Positions 47,435 to 60,500 of a DNA stretch of 64,000 bases are shown here, one piece after another; within the stretch, counting starts at the first letter, position 1, and every line of letters begins with the position of its first letter. This DNA comes from Macrostomum lignano (Eukaryota). The translations under genes were made by a program, and so were the position numbers. The notes beneath the pieces were generated by a model that saw only the letters and a list, made by a program, of their open reading frames with translations, had not been told where the DNA came from and searched no databases. The stretch lies in the NCBI GenBank assembly GCA_002269645.1, contig NIVC01000179.1:110111-174110 (forward strand). Reading direction: 5' to 3'.

Positions 47435-50400
47435 ATATTCGACTGATCTAGCAACAAGTTATCCACCGCAGTTCGATAAGTTGTAGCCTGTCATGTACAC
47501 AAATTTCCAATACCCAAAAAAGACACAAACTTTATTTACTATTTCGCACACCAGTTTGACTCTACTGAAAAGCTTCTCAATTTGGACCAGAGTTCAGGTG
47601 GATGGGTGCAGTTCTGAAAACCGAAGTAAGTATCTCAAGTGAGAGCATAACCATTTTCCTGTTTTACTTGCACATGCGCGCTACGATTCACTTTACTATC
47701 TAGCAAGAAAAGCTTGGGTTGTAGCTGGAAATTATCAAACCTGCTTTTTCTTAGGAGTATACCTAGGCGTCTAGGAGTCTTTCAAAATACGAGTCTACTT
47801 CGTATAACGCTTTGATACGATTTGCTACCGCTTTACCAGTACAAGATTCCAGATAAAACCTCGAGAAAATCGACCCTTTCTATTATTATGCATAGTTACG
47901 CTACTAACAGTAAAGCATAAAACTGGTTATTTTAATGAGTAACCAGGCGGTGTTTGGTCGCTGCATGCAATTTTCCTTTTATTCAGTTAAATATCTTTCG
48001 AACCTAGCTACGAGTAATTCAGTATTCTGCATTGTTCTGATTTCAATATTTGGTTCATTATTTTACTTACAATCCGTACTTACATACGCTCGTACTATCC
48101 AGTGACTGTGTATAGCAACTAATCGCTATTGTAATTGTAAGTCAACCAAAATTTTCAATTGCAATACTAATTTAATTTTCCCGCCAGTATCTTATTATTA
48201 GCAAAAGTCAGCTCACACTCTTTCGACGATTTTACCTTGTTAATTTTATGCTCGTATGCTCGGCACCTTGTTCTTATACGAGAATTAACTTTCGCTTTTC
48301 CCTTTAAATAAACGTTTTCAAATGCAATTATTAAGCAATACAGTCATTACTGATATACAAAGCGACGAAAAATGGTGTTACCAGACACGTGACCTTGTCA
48401 AAGTGCTCTCCTTGCGGCGTGAACGAGCCTTAATTGATCGCAGATCAGTCGTACATTATCTGCGCTTATGCATAGATGCGTAGTTACATATAAGTTTGAA
48501 AATGATTTACTCTGATGAAAGCTTCTGTACTTCGAATTAATATTTTATCTAGAACAGATCATTTCGTTATACTCGTAAAATTATTCAAGCACTCAAAAGC
48601 GCGAATGATGGGGTCAGCCGCAGTTCTCCATCAACCACGGGGAGCAAGGCGGCGAAAAAATCTGTACTAAAACAGACTAAAGCATAAACCAAACACCTCA
48701 CCAGCTCTTGTAAAAGTCAAAACTCTACATAAAATTGTACCAAAGGAAAGTTTCTTACCCTGAAAATAGCATGCAAATACAATATTCGTGCACTAGATTT
48801 CGATGGACAAGAAAGTCAAACCATGGCTATTCGTTTCTTTCAAATATAACTCGTTATCTGGCGGCTTGCTGGTCTCCGATTGGTGCAGCCCGAGTACACC
48901 GGTACCTCGACCTAACTGCAGGAGGCTCCGGATGCAGCGAGTAGGCTTCGTCGCCCATTCCACTACCCCTGGAGAACATGGACAGCTATAGTACTCTATG
49001 AGTCGCTGAAAAGCAGATGGAAGTGAGAGACTGCTAGATTGCAACCCCAAGCTCAACAGCCAGACAAAAATTAGCGACCCAAGGCTTATGCCATTACCGG
49101 CCCGACCGCTAGCAACCGAGAAACTTCCCGGCTAAGATCCCGGGAACAAACGACAAACCAAGACGACAAACCAAAGTTCTGTCCGGGCAGTGCTACACTG
49201 GGCCCTTAGAGAGACAATGAGGCTGTCCCCGGAGCCTCGGACTGGCTGCATACCCTGTTAACGCCGGAGAGTAACACCTGTCTCTCAGAGCCAGAAATAC
49301 CTGCTACGCACAGATTGATTTCCGGGATAACCCGTATGCAAAAAAGCCAAGTCATAAGTCAAGGCGATAGATGGCTTGAGACCGCTGGAACCCAGTCAGT
49401 CCAGCAACTCTAGGGCTGCCTTGATGCACAGTTTATGAATCAACTGGAAGAAGGTTCTCCGGCTAGTTTTACATCGCAGACCTGAGCTCGTGGGCCTGGA
49501 CTGTCTCATACTACACATGCGTGCTGAGCACACTGTGCATGCCAGCATGCATGCCGCCCAGTCAGCCGGTCAGACTAACTACTCTCAAGCAGGGTGCCTG
49601 ACTCGCGCCGCTTTGTTGTTGTTAACACGCTTTGACCTAAAATATTCGGTCGCGGGTCAGCCCTTGGGGTGGGGCTCTGCCGCAATATATATATTTATGA
49701 ATTAAATTATTTAAAACGAGAATTTTTTAATATTTTGCGAAATAGTATTTGCTTTGTATAAAAAGTTTTTTTGAGGAAAGATGTGTAAAACTGTAAAAGA
49801 AAGGTGTAAAACTGTAAAAAAATTAGAATTAGTATAAAAGTTAAGTTATTTTAGAATATTTGACTCAAAAAGGAAAATACTAGGGATAAAAAAACAGGGG
49901 AAGGGGATCCTTTTTGAGCTGGGGTGAATTTAAAAACACAGAGTATAGTATTTGAAAGTTTAAATAAAGATTTAATATTTATATTGTATCACATTAGTTG
50001 ATTTTGTAAATAAAAAAACATTTTGATATTGTAGAATTAAAATATTTACTAAAGACCTAGTGAAAGCTATTAGTTAGGCAAAATGTACAGCTAGCCTGAT
50101 TTAAATTATTAGTGAGCCGTGCACTGCTCCAGCCCAAATGGTTTCATTCTTTCGAACTTTCATTTTTGTCGTTTTAAGTAGATAATAATGGCTTTTTCCT
50201 CTAGGTCCTACTATGAGTAATGAAAAGTAGAAGAAATATTTTAATCGGGTTCAGACACTGGATACGTGATTTTTTCGTGGGTATATAATGAAAATCGAAC
50301 TATAGACAAGAGCTCAGATAAGCAATTGTCGCTGGGCACAAGATAAGGGCCTTTCGAGGTCTGCCAGGTTAGAGTCTGCGGGCTCGACGCGGGCTCCTGG

Positions 50401-50521
50401 CTGAAATCGTCCCCGCGCCTGAGTGACATTGATAGGTTATCCACAGTGTGGGACCTGCGCATCGATTCACCATGTGGATCTAGCTTGGGCGCCGCTCTGA
50501 CTCTCTTCGGCAAGTTTTTTT

Positions 50522-51626
50522 GGACTTCTTCAAGTTTATGTTGATAAAATACTTCCGATTTTTCGATTTTTCTAAAACTTGCATTGGAGACTTATGGGGC
50601 ACCCAAAATTATAAAAATGCAAAAAAAGTGTTGAAAATTACCTGTACAGTTGATGCAATCACGATTTACTCGATTCCCTATTCTCTTAATGATGTTCGGT
50701 GAGAAAAAGTTTCCACGAATACATTTTTGAAAGTGTATCCACTAGACTTTTAATCTAATAGCACATGTGCTAGAACTTCATTAGGCCAATTAAAGATGAG
50801 TAATAATATCTACAAATTAATATGCAATTGTCTTTTACGTTGGCTGATAATAGTTTTTCAATTTAGTTATAATGCATAGACAGTGTGATGTCACTGCTCG
50901 CTTTTTTTAAAAACTGTCACGACCGGACCTCAATCTTTGCACTATGGTCTTTTCACTGCACCCAGCCAAAGCAATGTTCGCAACTTTAAAGCATTTCGCT
51001 CCTCAAAACCAATTACTGTACAAGGCTAGATTACTAATTCTATTGTATTAAGGAAGTAACAGCACCTGATTTTGGTAAGAAAATTCATTTAGATAAAGTT
51101 ATAGAATTCAACCAACTTCTGACATAATTATGTTGACTCTTTGGTGGATTCTCTCTTTTCTCGTGTCGTGGAGTTACAACCTCTCCCCCCTATTAGAATT
51201 GGAATTTGTCAGCACAATCTTGAATAGGTCTCCATGCCTCTATTCAAGTTTATGTTGATAAAATCAATCCTCATGAAGAATCTCCCCACCCTAAAACCCC
51301 CTATTCCTCATGCCCTGGTAGTTGGTTTTAAGCTACAACCCCCCTCCCTATTAGAATTGGAATTTATCAACACAATCTTGAATAGGTCTCCATGCCTCTA
51401 TTCAAGTTTATGTTGATAAAATCAATCCCCATGAAGAATCTCCCCACCCTAAAACCCCCATTCCCCATGCCCCGGTGGTTGGTTTTAAGCTACATATAAT
51501 TGGGTTAAAGCTACCTAAAAATGGAGCTCAAATTTGAAATCAGCACCATCAAAAACCCCTATAGAGACAAAATTATGATCCTATCAAGATTGAAACTATT
51601 TTATCAACATAAACTTGAAGAAGTCC
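50522..51626. mobile_element. Non-autonomous DNA transposon with 30-bp TIRs and an internal ~160-bp duplication
   Basis: ggacttcttcaagtttatgttgataaaata at the left is the reverse complement of the right end; GTTTTTTT flanks both sides (possible TSD); the TIR core ttcaagtttatgttgataaaat recurs twice internally. Confidence 0.78.
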
Positions 51627-51639
51627 GTTTTTTTTGCTT

Positions 51640-53555
51640 GTTGTTCATTTCCTTCACTGTTGCTTAATGTTCTTTTTGCCTTATTTGCTAGTCTAGGTTG
51701 AATCGGAAGTGCAGAGGCGGCCCGTTCCCTCTGTTTGCCCCATAGTTTGTTTAGGATAGGGGGTTTTCCCTAGGTTGCTCTGGGTAGTTCCGGTTCAATC
51801 CGGAATTCGTGGAGGTTTCTATTTTGCGCCTTACTGAGCCAGCCAATGCCCAAGTCTAGGATCCTATCTGCAACCATAGGCATCTCTGCTAGCTCATGTA
51901 GAAATTTAGTTTGCGTGTAACTGGGGACACCATAGCATAACCTAAGGGCTAGATTTTGGGTCTGTTGGAGTTTCGCAATGCTGTCATTTCTGAGGGGATA
52001 GCGACGTTTGCCTGCGGGACGTTTGCCAGCCGACGTTTGCCTGCGGGACGTTTGCCAGCCGACATTTGCCAGCCGACGTTTGCCAGCCGACGTTTGTCAG
52101 CCGAAGTTTGCCTGCCGGACGTTTGCCTGCCGGACGTTTGCCAGCCGACGTTTGCCAGCCGACGTTTGCCTGCCGGAAGTTTGCCAGCCAAAATTTGCTA
52201 GCCAATATAAAGCCGGTCAGTGAAAAATTTGATACTGAAACATTCGCAGTTTAGCGGTTTGACAAAAACCGTTTTTACTCCAACTTTTTGACGGTTATTC
52301 GCATATACACAAGTTTGAAAGCAAAATATATAAATTATGCAGTTCATCAGTCTAACGTCTAATATCTAGTTTAACAACGATTTTGGCACAACATATCAAA
52401 AGATGAACATTGGGTTTGCCTCGTATGAAAGCAATAACAATTGTTGTGCTGAAAAGATGAAAACTTCCTATCTCCCTATGGCCTTCAAAACATTTTTCAT
52501 AGATTTCGAGTGCTGCGTACTTCTACTTTAGTAGTCCTTGGAGTGACTAAGCTTTGCATACGTAGTGTCTAGCGCTTGCTATTCTACTAGCTTGCTACTG
52601 GCGGCTTGTCTGGCTATTCAGCTAGCTTACTATAAAAACGTACCGCCTTCGACTCGTCTACACATGTACGTTGAGATCGCGGTTTCCTGGCTTACTTGAG
52701 TAGTAATACAACAGCATTGGAATCAATTTGCTTACTTATGGATCCCCCAATGAACTGAGAAATATATGAGCCACCGCTCAGCAGCTCTTTTTGTTTGCCT
52801 CATAACTTAATCGCTGGAGATTCCCGTTGTAATCTGCGCGTCTTCTTTCGCACATCAAAAATCAAACATCTCAAACTGGGAAAAACGATACACAATTGTC
52901 AAAAGTAAACAATATTTTCACATTCAAAGAAAATCGTTGTTAAACTGGATATTAGATGTAAATCTATATAAATTGCATAATTTATATAGATTTTGCATAA
53001 ATTGCATAATTTATAGATTTTGCTTTCAAACTTGTATATATGCGAATAACCGTCAAAAAGTTGGAGTAAAAATGTTTTTTGCCAAACCGCTAAACTGCGA
53101 ATGTTTCAGTATCAAATTTTTCACTGACTGGCTTTATATTGGCTTGCAAATTTTGGCTGGCAAACTTCCGGCAGGCAAACGTCGGCTGGCGAACGTCGGC
53201 TGGCAAACGTCCGGCAGGCAAACGTCGGCTGGCAAACGTCGGCTGGCAAACGTCCGACTGGCAAACGTCCCGCTGGCAAACGTCGGCTGGCAAATGTCGG
53301 CTGGCAAATGTCGGCTGGCAAATGTCGGCTGGCAAACGTCCCGCAGGCAAACGTCGGCTGGCAAACGTCCCGCAGGCAAACGTCGTAGACCCATTTCTGA
53401 GTACTTGGAGAATTGGTGCACCGTAGGTCATGGTGCTCTCAACATATGCTCTGTAGAGCATTTTTAGTGTCTCACTGCTGAGTTTGGTGAGTTTGGAGAT
53501 TCGATGGATTGACATAATAAGTGCTCTGCATTTGGTGATTACAGCGGTGATTACG
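51640..53555 (-). mobile_element. 5'-truncated LINE (RT thumb / C-terminal region) interrupted by a Mutator-like insertion
   Basis: Removing 51995-53392 plus one TSD restores KLSSETLKMLYRAYVESTMTYGAPILQVLRN|DSIAKLQQTQNLALRLCYGVP, the typical LINE L...Y...v.s...Yg...Q...lR motif. Confidence 0.85.
51995..53392. mobile_element. Mutator/foldback-like non-autonomous element with ~400-bp TIRs containing tandem ~15-bp subrepeats; 9-bp TSD ATTTCTGAG
   Basis: GGG...CCC termini; inverted (gacgtttgccagcc)n arrays plus ~150 bp of unique inverted sequence; atttctgag at 51986-51994 and 53393-53401. Confidence 0.88.
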
Positions 53556-54592
53556 CCGCTTTAAACAACTTAACCTTGACCGGGCAGCCCCCTCCTTCAC
53601 ACTGTCTCGCTCCCAAAATGTGTATTACTTTTCTCTGCATGGCTTCGCTCATTATATGCGAGCCACCAAGTTGCAATAATTCCTAAGCTCGCCATAATTA
53701 ATGTTGCTTGAGTGACAACCAAGGCCCTGACTATGGTACTGGCCCGGCATTTAAGCAACAACTGTGCAAAGTCTGCTACAAGAGAGCTAACTTAATTTTA
53801 ATTAACTATTTAGCAATACTTAACGCGAAGGAGGTTCTACCACCAATCAGTTCAACGTTTTGGAAGGCCTGCTTTTCAGCTAAAAGTGTTTCAGAATAAG
53901 CCTCCGATGTCTAATTAGCCCCTAGAGGAGGCAGGCATGGGAGTTTAAGTAAAAAACAATGAGCTTGGAAGAAAGATGTTAAGCCTATGCCTAACCCAAC
54001 GGAACGGAAACTCACGCTTATTCTCGTGTCTGACATAATTAATTCTCGCATCTTTTCAACAAGGATTCCACTCGCAAAAATTTTCTTCAACAAGTGCTGG
54101 CCTTCATTGTCCGGTGGACGGCTTGCAAATGCATAATTGATTAGAGCCGCTGTTTGGGCGACAATAGGAAGCGGGCACTTACTCTGCCCATCCGCCTCGC
54201 TTGTAGAGCAGAAGCAGAACCCTACCTTAGGGGGGGGGGCAGGGTTTGCTGGGGAGGCCTTTTGTTTTGCGGGAAATTCTTTGCGCGCTTAGAATCCCAC
54301 TACCTACCTACCAACTACCTAGCAAGGGGATGCTAAAAAACAAATGGAGGCCGCTTAGCAACGAAGAGAAAAACTTGCCTTTGTTGACGCAAAGGAAGGA
54401 CCGTCCCCCCTCCTCCCTTCACGGAAGCTGAGAGGGGGTTGCAAGTGAATATAGGTATATAGGTTAATATAACTGCGATGCGGCGTGAAGGCTGCAGCTA
54501 AGCTCCTAGAGGAAATCTTCCAGCCTAATTTCAGCTTTACTCACAGTTTTGCATTGAACCAGCTTATCTACTGAGCGCAACATCCAGTAAGG

Positions 54593-57500
54593 ATGCCCTC
54601 AGTATCAAGGCAATTGATCTTCACCATTGTCCTTGCGACTGTGGTGCCTGAGTTGCAGGCCAGATATTGTAAGTACACATGCTTTTTTACAAATCTAAGA
54701 AAGTGGACTGAAAACCAAAGCCACAACATAATATCAACAATTATATTTCAAAAATAATAGCTATAAACACTTTAGCTTCTCTGCAATCAGTACCAAGCAT
54801 AAATATGAAGATTTCTCTTATGCATACATGTATTGATTTCCCCTCAGCAGAGTTACGTCGGAATCAAAACGGACTTAAAAGTTAGAGTCATAATACCTCG
54901 GAATTTTTGCAAAGGCATCATTAGCGGAGGAGTACTGCATTCAACAGTCAAATATCATGGACGGGGGAATGCGTTTGACGTGCTGATGTATAGTGCAAGT
55001 GTATTGAAAGATAGAATCGTTTAATGTCTCGAGGGCTGGCGACGATCTGGAGAGCTTGACGACTAATTGATTATTGTTTGATAAGATGCGTAAAAAAGGT
55101 GTCCTTCTTGAACTTCGTGTGCCTGAGTAGCTCCCTTCCAGTGCCGCAACAATTTTGTTAGGGGAATCCCCTTGGTATAAATACTGGCATTCCTACTTGG
55201 TGTTTCTGCTTTTATCTTATGATCTGCATGGATGCTCAGAAACCATTGAAACATAGAAAATTTATATTCTTTCTATTGATAACGCGGGAAATTTTTTTCT
55301 GGGACTACAAAATTTTAACACAGAGAACATCAGATATCTTCTTAACTGATCCGTTTCAGTCTGTCCTACTCCGTGGACGCAGTACTTCGACCGCTGTATC
55401 CGCTTGTTTACCATCAGCTACCAGCAGTCTGCTGCCGCCACTTACTGTGCGGGATACAACAATGGGGCTGGAGCCACAGGAAAGCTGTACGCTCCGAGGA
55501 CCAGGCAGGATTTGGCCATTTTCGATCACATTGATTGGGTCACCAAGAGGCCCTGGATTGGCGCCGTTCGCAACACAACGAACGGAAACAAGTTTTTTGA
55601 TTCGGAGGGTAACCAGGTACCGGATAATCTGTTCTACCTTGCATTGGCCGAAGGCGACGGCCTGAACTGCGCGGTCTACAACACGGATCTGGGCCGATTA
55701 GAGCTTCGAAGCTGCTCAAACAGTCACCACTTTTATTGTCAGCTGCCAGCTACAACGCCAAGCGGTGAGCAAAAGCAAACACATTGCCTATACTACTACT
55801 ATATTAAGAAACCTTTAAATCGAGATTGATTTTCAAAGAAACGAAATTACTCGCAATTAATTGCTTTTCAGATACCTGCTCTCCATCCTTCCTGCCGATG
55901 TTTAGCAACATGGACCTAAGCGGTACCGATGACCGGGATAGGGACTCAACTGGTCTGGCAACGAATTATCCGCTCTACTATTTCTATCCCATACAGTACG
56001 GCTACGCTGATGTCTACGGACTCAGCTACTGTGGAGTGAGTGTCCAAAATAGAAATTAATGTTGCGCACGTATTTTTATTATAATGCATTGCTTCTCTAC
56101 GTTTCTACTGCGAACCAATTCTAGGTGACTGCGTGCAGTTCTACAAGCCGCAATAGGTACTTATACTACAGGTCAAGCGGGTCCACTTTTATCTACTCCA
56201 GTTACTCGTCCTGGCGAAGCTACGAGTACATTTGTTTGAGTGAGTGAACATTTATATTTTTGTTACCCCACATTGTTTCCTGTCACTCCTTTTTCAATTC
56301 CCGGGATTCGCCAAGGGTATTTATTGTACTTTACCTGATATCACAAGTATTAAGCAGCAAACGCTGATGTCAAAAAGCTGTACTTTCCTAAAAATTCAAA
56401 CAAAGCCATTTCCTATTTGAACTTATTTCGTGTGATGAGACTGAAAGTTAATTGACTATTTTAAGATAGCCCTATTTATCTGTGATATTACTGGCAATGT
56501 AATAATATATTGAAAGTACGTGAATCGAATGCTTGATATTTATGATTGATTCTAACATTAATGATTTAATAAACTTGCAGAGGATGACGAGAGAACGCCG
56601 CTCCTGTTAGGCATTCCGGGAAATCTAAGCGTCAGCTTCAGCGCTTCATCATTTGTCAACTACGCCAGGCCAGAATACGTACTCATAAACAACACTTTTC
56701 AGACCGGAAGTGAGTGTTCTATAGTTTTAATATTAGTTTCAGGTTAGCGTGAGACCCAAAAAATCTCTTGAAACCATGCGATGCAGGCCACCGAGTGTGC
56801 AAATGGTACCGGGAGTACTACGGCGATCTGGACGTGAATCAGAACGGCGAAGCGTGCATTCCGTACAGCGCCTGGCCAGCTGCCACAAATAAGTGCAGAA
56901 CATGTGAGCTGGCATCATTTGTCAACTATTTATTTTAGTACTACCTATGCAGGCGAACTTTGGCTATAAATACCGCAAAACCATATTTTTCAGCATCCTT
57001 GTCGATAACTTGCGTTAACAGTGCTGTTTCCCGGGTAGCTTGTGAAGTGCCGGATTGCTGTAAGAATCAATACTTATTTATTTCAAAATCAACTCAAACC
57101 TATTTAAATTTATCAATTTAGTTGGTTGTTGCAGTGCAAACGTAAAATTTTATTTACAAGCTTATCTATAATTCCCAGCAACCAGAACCTACTCAAGCGT
57201 GAACTACTACAGTGGAAGGGGGATGCAGAGCATGTTCGCTGAGTTTTTCATGAACAAGAAAGTGAAGCTGTCATCCACATACGAAACCAGCGGCTTCAGT
57301 CTTATTCGGACTAGCAACTATGAGTCAACTGTGACAGCTGAAAGCATCTACTACGTACTGATTGACTTGAAGACTCCAACGTTTGTTACACTCATAATTC
57401 CTTACACTACCTCAGGTATGTTTTGCCTAACAGTGTTTTGAAGTCAGGCACAGGACACAAACAGCTAGTGTAAAATATGCAAATTATGTTTTCAGTAAAT

Positions 57501-60500
57501 CAAATGAAATGCATCTGGACCGGAGTGTCGAACACGTGGAACTCCAGTCTGGACGAAGCGGCCTTCGACGGTTGGACGTCGTGCGGTGTGCAAGAGAGAG
57601 CTGACCCAAGCGACGGCCATTTGTTCTTCCACTGCCCGCCTGGCACCATCGGCAGATACGTGGTGATTACTAGGAGAAAGAGCTGCGGCTACCACACTGT
57701 TGACCATGTGAAGATTTACGGAGACCACTGTAAGTCCGTTCAGGCAGAAAAATAGGGACAGATGCTTCAAGTAAAATTAGAAAAGTGGGAATTCAATTAA
57801 AACAAATGTTTTCAGATTACGACGTAAACTTCATCCCGGGAAGCTCATTCGTCAACCGGATCCCTGAGTCAATGGAAAAGGACCTGCAGACAAATAGGAA
57901 CGTCACCTTTTCCACCCTGATTCGGGACACATACGCAGACTTCTTCCTCACCGCGGGAACAACATACAGCAGCATGCTTGATCAGGTACGAGTTGTATTG
58001 GTTTAACTTTCTGGAAGGAATGCCTTAGAGAAGTTCAAATGATATTGCAATGACTTCTATATCTCGCAGCTAATCATGCAGTGTAGTATCATCAAACATT
58101 CTCAAAATTGTATTGACTGTCGTAAGAGCCTTATCTTTAAGCACAGCTAGAATGCACCTCAATTTTAGATTCTTTCTGCTATACGTTTAATACGTTTAAT
58201 AAAGCTCCACAGCTCATGAAGCCCCAATGTATACTTTACCTAAATATCTAGGATGCACATAAGTTGACTTTTATTTTATTTAGCTGGTTAAACCTGATCG
58301 AAGCATCAAGGAAATAGAAGGAACTCAGGGGTTTCATTTATTCGTTCTGACAGCGAGCGCTTTCCAATGAAATTTTCGAAGATTCACTCAATTCGCTCGT
58401 AGTTACAATTTTCCCAGAAATCAGCAATTACTCCAAACCGAAACTGTTTTCAGAGAATCCGGTTTCGACTCACTGGGGACTCCGCATCGAACGTGCTGTG
58501 GATCTCGAACGGCTGGGTGCTGAACAAAGCCATCAGCTCCAGCGAGATCCCACTGAACGCGGTGTTTCTCCTCAACAAGACGAGCACCCTTGCTCAGATG
58601 GGAAGTCAGAACGTATTCGACTTTCACGATTTGTCGTTCAAGTTTGAGTACAACAGCAGCGCTGATGAGAATCTCACCATTGAAGCCTACATCGATTCGA
58701 CTCTAGTGGGCGTGTTTTCCGACCCGAGCGATGCCGTCAACTTCACCATAAACTCTGCCGGCTTCTCGAAGAAGCCGAGCGACACCGAGTACAGCGGAGT
58801 GGCGGTGCAGTTCCCTGGCGTGCCGAGTACGTTGTTAATCCCCTTTTCTTTCAAAATTACTCTTCTCATCAAAATTTCAATGGAATAGGCAGAATTTCTT
58901 CAGTGCAGGTTGTGGCACGATGTTGACGAAAGCGTTTCTCCATGGAGCCCACAACCCTCAAGAATACTGTCATTATTAACACTTACACTTCAATGCAAAG
59001 TCAGGGTATTCAGTGCACTTTACTGTTTATACAGTATTTAGTATTCGCGAAAGACAGAGGAAGTTTTCAGAGGATGCAAAATCAAACGATTCTAAATTCG
59101 ATAATTCAACAAGTTAATCTTTTTAGCACATAAGGTTTTGAGTCGTCAAATATGATTTCAGATTCAATCAATGCTGGGTTCTGGCAGCCATCAGCCTTTT
59201 ACGGAGATGATCAGGACTGGCATCAAGTAAATTCTCTCTCTCAAAATTCACTAAATTATAAAAACCCTGTTTAAATTATTGCTCCAGTTTTTATGTGTAT
59301 TTATTCAAAATTATCTCAGGTGGCATTCTCATCCTTGGTATGGGTGTACTACGCTGGCTACAGCAGAGGTTCGGACTCACAGGATCAGGATCAGGGCGCT
59401 GTGTACACGGTTCGCCTTTGGTCCTCGGATCTTGTAACCTGGATACCGCTGGACATGGGCCTCGGTACTTCCAGAGTTCCATTTTATGTTAGCAACACTT
59501 ACAAGCATTCGAACTTTGTCGCCATGAAGCCGCCCAAACTGCTCCTCGGAATGCGGCATGTTGAGAACTCGTACAGTGGAATTTTTCAGCTAAAGTTCAT
59601 GCTGTACGGAAAAGTCGCGAATGGTAAGGAACCCAAAAAATGCAGAACTAGTATGATTTGATTGAAATAGGGACGTAATTTTTGCGCAATATGTGAGACA
59701 GATAACTTTGAATTTGCGTATATGGGTTATAAGAGCTTCGAACTCGATACAAAATGTTGCAGACATGAGCGGAGGCAGCAGATTTCCCTGGCTGATTTCC
59801 CGTTACCAGCCAGTACGGCTGTCGTCCCAGTACAGCAGCACCTATCCTGGCTACAAGGCCACAGACGGCATGACCAACACATATGGCAGCACACATTCTT
59901 TCTTCATCGTCTCGTCTTCGAACAAACTGAGATGGGCCTACGTGGACATGATCGTGCCCAGGAACTTCTCTTACGTTGTTGTATACACCAGGAACGCAGC
60001 GGATGCTCGTGAGAGCTTTTTCATTTTGAATACTTTTGAAGCTTCGGTCAGATCAGAGCATAATGGCATTGTCATTATTTCCGATTCAATTTTATGCACC
60101 AGATATCTACACTATCCGTAACACCGGCTACTTTGCTCAGCTTGCGACAATGAGTGGGGTGCCAACATTTGAGCCATCTGACCTGTGCTATCAGCAAGGC
60201 AACACGTATCGAAAGCCAGATGATCTGAAGTACATTGACTATCTCATGTTTCCTTGCGCTAAGGTGAGTTTCATTTGGATTCCGTTCTATCTATATATTA
60301 GGGCCACGTAGCATCAGTTTCCAAGGTCGCTACCATAATGTTCAGTGGCTCTTTCGGACAGCCCTGAGATTTATAGTTAGCATTATCGAAGCGATTGAAT
60401 TGATGTATAATTTGAAAACTCAAATAGATTTATGTCAAAGAAGGGCTTTAGATTAAATTATTCATATATCTTTGTACGATTTTTAGACTGCTAGGTACCT

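Noticed and set aside
50241-50513. 90-aa minus-strand ORF next to the TIR element
   Set aside because: Starts at TTG at the element edge, has no recognisable domain and no linked exons.
51949-53515. RRLPAG / ANVGWQ repeat ORFs
   Set aside because: Translations of TIR subrepeats; only the flanking LINE frame is real.
56581-56709. Third frameshift in the lectin gene
   Set aside because: Exon length (129 nt) and entry/exit phases are consistent with an intact frame.
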